Positions 48,577-53,908 of a DNA stretch of 53,908 bases are shown in pieces. The notes under the pieces were generated by a model. That model was not told the origin of the DNA. It saw nothing but the letters and a program-made list of their open reading frames with translations, and searched no databases. This DNA is from Octopus bimaculoides. Lineage: Eukaryota. Every line of letters starts with the position of its first letter. The first letter of the stretch is position 1. The stretch covers positions 46,013,457-46,067,364 of the forward strand of contig NC_068982.1 of NCBI RefSeq assembly GCF_001194135.2, in the 5' to 3' direction. A program made the position numbers and the translations under genes.

Positions 48577-48995
48577 NNNNNNNNNNNNNNNNNNNNNNNN
48601 NNNNNNNNNNNNNNNNNNNNNNNNNNNNNNNNNNNNNNNNNNNNNNNNNNNNNNNNNNNNNNNNNNNNNNNNNNNNNNNNNNNNNNNNNNNNNNNNNNNN
48701 NNNNNNNNNNNNNNNNNNNNNNNNNNNNNNNNNNNNNNNNNNNNNNNNNNNNNNNNNNNNNNNNNNNNNNNNNNNNNNNNNNNNNNNNNNNNNNNNNNNN
48801 NNNNNNNNNNNNNNNNNNNNNNNNNNNNNNNNNNNNNNNNNNNNNNNNNNNNNNNNNNNNNNNNNNNNNNNNNNNNNNNNNNNNNNNNNNNNNNNNNNNN
48901 NNNNNNNNNNNNNNNNNNNNNNNNNNNNNNNNNNNNNNNNNNNNNNNNNNNNNNNNNNNNNNNNNNNNNNNNNNNNNNNNNNNNNNNNNNNNNNN

Positions 48996-49388
48996 AATAC
49001 CAGCAGATGACAACGTTTCTCTAAAAGAAATGGAAAAACTTTCAAAATACAAAGACCTGGAAATAGAGATAACTCGAATGTGGAATCTAAAAACAGAAAC
49101 AATTCCTATCATAGTAGGTGCCTTAGGTATAATAAAAAAATATTCAGACAAATACATAACAAAAATACCAGGACTTACAAATATATATAACATACAGAAA
49201 ATTGCACTACTGGGTACTGCACACATTCTACGCAAAACACTTTCAATACAGTAAACATAAGAGCACCACAGCAAACCACAGCACATACCCAAGGCGCACA
49301 GAGCTGCGCTCGGTAGTGAAGTGAAAGCACGTTATAAAAATAAAACTACTGAATAATAATAATAATAATAATAGTAATAGTAATAAAT
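48996..49388 (+). mobile_element. R4/Dong-like (RLE-endonuclease) non-LTR retrotransposon 3' end
   Basis: Stop-free frame IPADDNVSLKEMEKLSKYKDLEIEITRMWNLKTETIPIIVGALGIIKK...IQKIALLGTAHILRKTL (stop at 49252-49254), then a 3' UTR and an (AAT)n tail. The 5' part lies in the N gap. Confidence 0.85.
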
Positions 49389-49444
49389 CTCTCAGCGAGG
49401 TATAGACAGTAGCTGCACGACATTGTGAAGTATGATGAGATTCC

Positions 49445-49580
49445 ATTCTCTTTAGGTCTACTAAATTTCACTCAACGCATAAAGCAACTGGAGGCTATAG
49501 CAGAAGACACTTGAAATAAGGTGCAAGGTCATGGGACCAAACTTAGGCTCTCATAATTGCGATGCGATCTCTTTAACCAT
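49445..49580 (-). mobile_element. Diverged SINE family C, 5' portion
   Basis: GTCTACTAAATTTCACTC...GAGGCTATAGCAGAAGACACTTG...AAGGTGC...GGGACCAAAC. Confidence 0.6.
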
Positions 49581-49802
49581 TTAGCTATCCCAGTACCTAT
49601 ATTACAGGTTTGTTTTCTCTAGAATTCGCAGCTCACTGAGGCAGTGGCTATACATTTTAAGTAATATCACAGTATTATCAGCTGTATTCAGGAAGGAAAA
49701 GAAGTATATTTATTGAACCAAGAGCATGTCAGAACACCATCATATGATGCCATACATGACTACATTGGAAGCAAGCATCTTTCATATACTATCACTGAAG
49801 AT

Positions 49803-50404
49803 TAACGTACAGAAAATCTAATCTCATAACGTACAGAAAATCTCATTTCATAGCGAACAGAAAATCTCATTTCATAACGTATAGAAAATCTCATTTCGTG
49901 AGGTATAGAAGATCTCATCTCATGAGGTACAGAAAATCTTTCGTAACGTACAGAAAATCCCATCTCGTAACGTACAGAAAATCTCATCTCAACCTTTTCT
50001 ACTCTAGGCACAAGGCCCGCAATTTTGGGGTCGGGGACCAGTCGATTAGATCGACTCCAGTACGCAACTGGTACTTAATTTATCGACCCCGAAAGGATGA
50101 AAGGCAAAGTTGACCTCGGTGGAATTTGAACTCAGGACGTACAGAGAGAAGAAATACCACTAAGCATTTCACCCGGCGTGCTAACGATTCTGCCAGCTCG
50201 CCGCTTTAATCTCATCTCATAACGTACAGAAATTCTATTTCATAAAATACAGAAAATGTCATCTCATAAACTGCAGAAAATTTCATCTCATAACGTATAG
50301 AAAATCTCATCTCGTAATGTACAGAAAATCTCATCTCGTAACGTCCAGAAAATCTCAACTCATAACGTACAGAAAATCTCATCTCATAACCTACAGAAAA
50401 TCTC
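49803..50404. repeat. 24-bp minisatellite (consensus TAACGTACAGAAAATCTCATCTCA), about 8 units on each side of a SINE
   Basis: Direct tandem units with no spacers; the 8-residue periodicity RFSVRYEM in the minus ORFs confirms the 24-nt unit. Confidence 0.92.
49991..50207 (-). mobile_element. SINE family B inserted in the minisatellite
   Basis: Full B copy flanked by AATCTCATCTC at 49980-49990 and 50208-50218. Confidence 0.92.
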
Positions 50405-50504
50405 AAATAATGCAGAAACTGAGCCGACGATCTAATCCAAAGAAACACAGAATGCGACACAAGCCATTCACTCTCGTGTTGATAAGAAATTGCAATCATC
50501 TATC

Positions 50505-50935
<431 letters not shown>

Positions 50936-51420
50936 AATGACCTCCAATATCCAGGTAAAAAAAATATGAAAGTCAAAAGCCACACGCATGTCTCATTGGA
51001 CACCGGAAATCAGCTGCGCTTAAGGTTCCTGGCACATAGCATTCAATTTCTCTCTACTCTCTTTCACTCTCTAACAACAGACGCGTTCAGAACTAGGCGA
51101 GACGTCGACTGCTTCTAAATTGTGTTATACATATGCATGCATACATACGCACGTAAATATGTAAATACAAGGATGCACACATATGCACATACAGACACAT
51201 ATTTATACATACATACATTTATGCATGCGTATTTAGGTGTATGCGTGAGTGTATGTGTGTATGTGTGCTGTTGTTCTTGTGTTTTTTTTCTTTTTTTCAT
51301 ATAGAAAACTGTTGCAGAAGTTAATTCCATACTACAATTTTTTTGGAAACATGTATTTTGGTGAAATCCAAAAGGTCAAACAAGAAGAAAAGGAGAAGTA
51401 TGATGATGATGATGATGATG

Positions 51421-51461
<41 letters not shown>

Positions 51462-51664
51462 CATAATAATAATAAAGAGAGAAGAAGAAAGACTATTTCA
51501 CTTCGTTGATATGTTATTGTAAAGATTGCAGCCTGTTGAGACAGACTCCACTCGAATATCTTGGAAAATTTGGTTAGACATATACACACACATCAATCCC
51601 CACTTTGATGTTTGTGGCTATGGGTGTGTTACACACATACACACACACATCGGTATAGATATAC

Positions 51665-51710
<46 letters not shown>

Positions 51711-51774
51711 ATATATATATATATATATATATATCTATAGTTACATACATACATACATACACACACACAATTTA

Positions 51775-51920
51775 TACGACATGCTTCCACAGACGTTCAG
51801 TCTACCAAATGTGTTCACAGTGCCATAGTAGAATGGAGACACATGCCCAAGGTGCCGCACAGTTGAACTGAACCCGAGACCACATTGTTGCAAAGGAAGC
51901 TTCTTATCCACACAGCCATC
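51775..51920 (-). mobile_element. SINE family C, 5' portion
   Basis: GTCTACCAAATG...CCCAAGGTGCCGCACAGTTGAACTGAACCCGAGACC...AAGCTTCTTATCCACACAGCC. Confidence 0.8.
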
Positions 51921-52737
51921 ATAGTATTATTTCTCCCTCTCTCTCTCTCTCTCTCTCGAATAACTCATCGTGGAACCAGACGGAAGATCATGTTTCTGTT
52001 TTTATTGCTTGCATGTATGAAATATGGCCGTGCAGTAGGTGATGTGTTGCAGTTTCTGTGAGTATATGTGTGAGAGTGTGTGTGTATATGTGTGAGTGTG
52101 TGTATGTATGTGTGTGTGTGTGTGTGTGTTTGTGTGTGTGTGTGCGTGTGTGCGTGTGTGTTTGCAAATCCTTTTAACCGGCTCCAGTTTGGCCTAATTG
52201 ATCCATCGGCGAAGAAAGCCTGCGTCCGTCCACAAGCAAGTACATATACAAATATTAAAGAGATTATTCTCGGTTAGATAATCTATATAGGGACTGGTCT
52301 GAAGGTAGATATGATCGTATACTAAAAAAACATACATACACACGTACATACACACCCTCGCGAATATGTACGTAACAGATTAACTTTGTTAGATAAGTTA
52401 ATCCCCATTGAAAATTGGTGGGCAGATATGTTTGTATTGTTTCAGATATACCTACCTACGTACATTTAAATATGCACAAAATCACGCACATGTAGAAATA
52501 TGCTAATAAAACACACATACGTGCGCGCACGCGTGCACACACACACACATGGATGCACAAGCGTGTATACGCACAGATCTATTCATTCATAAATATGTAT
52601 ATAGGTAAGAGTATATTAAATCAGATTATAGTGGCTAGGAAATTAATCTTTGTTGAAACAGGTGGTCAGGTACATATATTTATATAGCTACACACCCACA
52701 ACACTCGCACACATACGCACACACACACGCACGCACA

Positions 52738-52777
<40 letters not shown>

Positions 52778-53095
52778 GGCACGCACGCGCAGGTGTATAT
52801 ATAAAACAGGTGTACACGCAGTAATATATGGTGCTTTATTCTTGCTGGATATTAATGTCATTTTAATGATATTTATATTTTCATATATATATATATATAT
52901 ATTATATNNNNNNNNNNNNNNNNNNNNNNNNNNNNNNNNNNNNNNNNNNNNNNNNNNNNNNNNNNNNNNNNNNNNNNNNNNNNNNNNNNNNNNNNNNNNN
53001 NNNNNNNNNNNNNNNNNNNNNNNNNNNNNNNNNNNNNNNNNNNNNNNNNNNNNNNNNNNNNNNNAAACACAGACACAAACATATACATACACAGA

Positions 53096-53143
<48 letters not shown>

Positions 53144-53144
53144 C

Positions 53145-53289
53145 GATGGGCTTCTTTTTTAAGCTTCCGTCTACCAAATCCAGTCAGTAAAAGAAACTTG
53201 TCCAAGGTGTCACGTAGTGGGACTGAATCCGGAATCATGTGGTTGGGAAGTAAACTTCTTACCGCACAGCCACAAACACAGACGCAAAG

Positions 53290-53328
<39 letters not shown>

Positions 53329-53455
53329 CGATGGGCTTCTTTTAGTTTCCGTCTGCAAAATCTATTCACAAGGCTTTGGTCGGTGCAAGGCTATAGCAGA
53401 AGACACTTGACAAAGGTGCCACTCAGTGAGACTGAACCCGGGACTATGTGGTCTA
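53145..53455 (-). mobile_element. Two tandem partial SINE family C copies (53145-53272 and 53325-53455)
   Basis: Both begin TACGATGGGCTTCTTTT..TTCCGTCT..AAA and contain AAGGTG.CAC..AGTG.GACTGAA.CCGG. Confidence 0.82.
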
Positions 53456-53908
53456 TTTATACGTACATGCATACATACATACATACATACATACATACAC
53501 ATACACACACCAACATTCACAGACATGTTCACACACACTCCAGCTCCTATACTTACGTACACATTGATATACACGCAAAATCACACATATGGCAAAAAAA
53601 AAAAAAAGATTACAGCCGTTCTCCTCGCACACATACATGCACAGCACACAGATTTCACATTATATTATATTCTATTGTGAACACTACGACATCATAAAAA
53701 GAAAAATATTGAAGTAGTTAAAATTCGTTTCCGCTATATTTGAAATTATATATACATGACAATACCAGTTATATATTGCGGTTCGATACCGTAGACTTAT
53801 ACTTCTGTCAACATCGACAACAACAATAACATGTTCATCATCACTATCATATCTTTTTTTTTCCATATCCACCGCCACCAACACCGCAGCCGCCGACGCC
53901 ATTACCTC

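Noticed and set aside
49803-50404. 24-bp repeat array as a CRISPR array or RFSVRYEM repeat protein
   Set aside because: The units are contiguous with no unique spacers, there are no cas genes, the context is eukaryotic, and a SINE interrupts the array.

Overview
This is an AT-rich, gapped eukaryotic draft-assembly window with about 14 N-runs, most flanked by (TA)n or other simple repeats. It is dominated by microsatellites and interspersed repeats. The repeat repertoire (three abundant tRNA-derived SINE families, Penelope-type tails, an R4/Dong-like LINE, MITEs) resembles octopus genomic DNA; this taxon call is my inference. No host gene, rRNA, true tRNA gene or CRISPR array can be supported, and nearly all ORFs in the supplied track are microsatellite or N-gap artefacts. 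Supported content: more than 25 SINE copies (here families A/A', B, C), CR1-like and R4/Dong-like LINE 3' ends, Penelope GIY-YIG remnants, hAT and mariner MITEs with TIRs (TSDs clear for the hAT copies), and two Helentron/DINE-1-like (HINE) elements. The most interesting signals are: (i) minimal hammerhead-ribozyme-shaped motifs at the ends of three different Penelope-like tails; (ii) a phase-compatible chain of possible minus-strand exons at about 26.5-35.4 kb encoding a peptide I do not recognise; (iii) a perfect 31-bp inverted repeat around an (AT)n/(CA)n core; (iv) a tail-to-tail SINE pair able to form long dsRNA; (v) several nested or duplicated insertions whose order can be read from the sequence. 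All alignments and coordinates were derived by eye.
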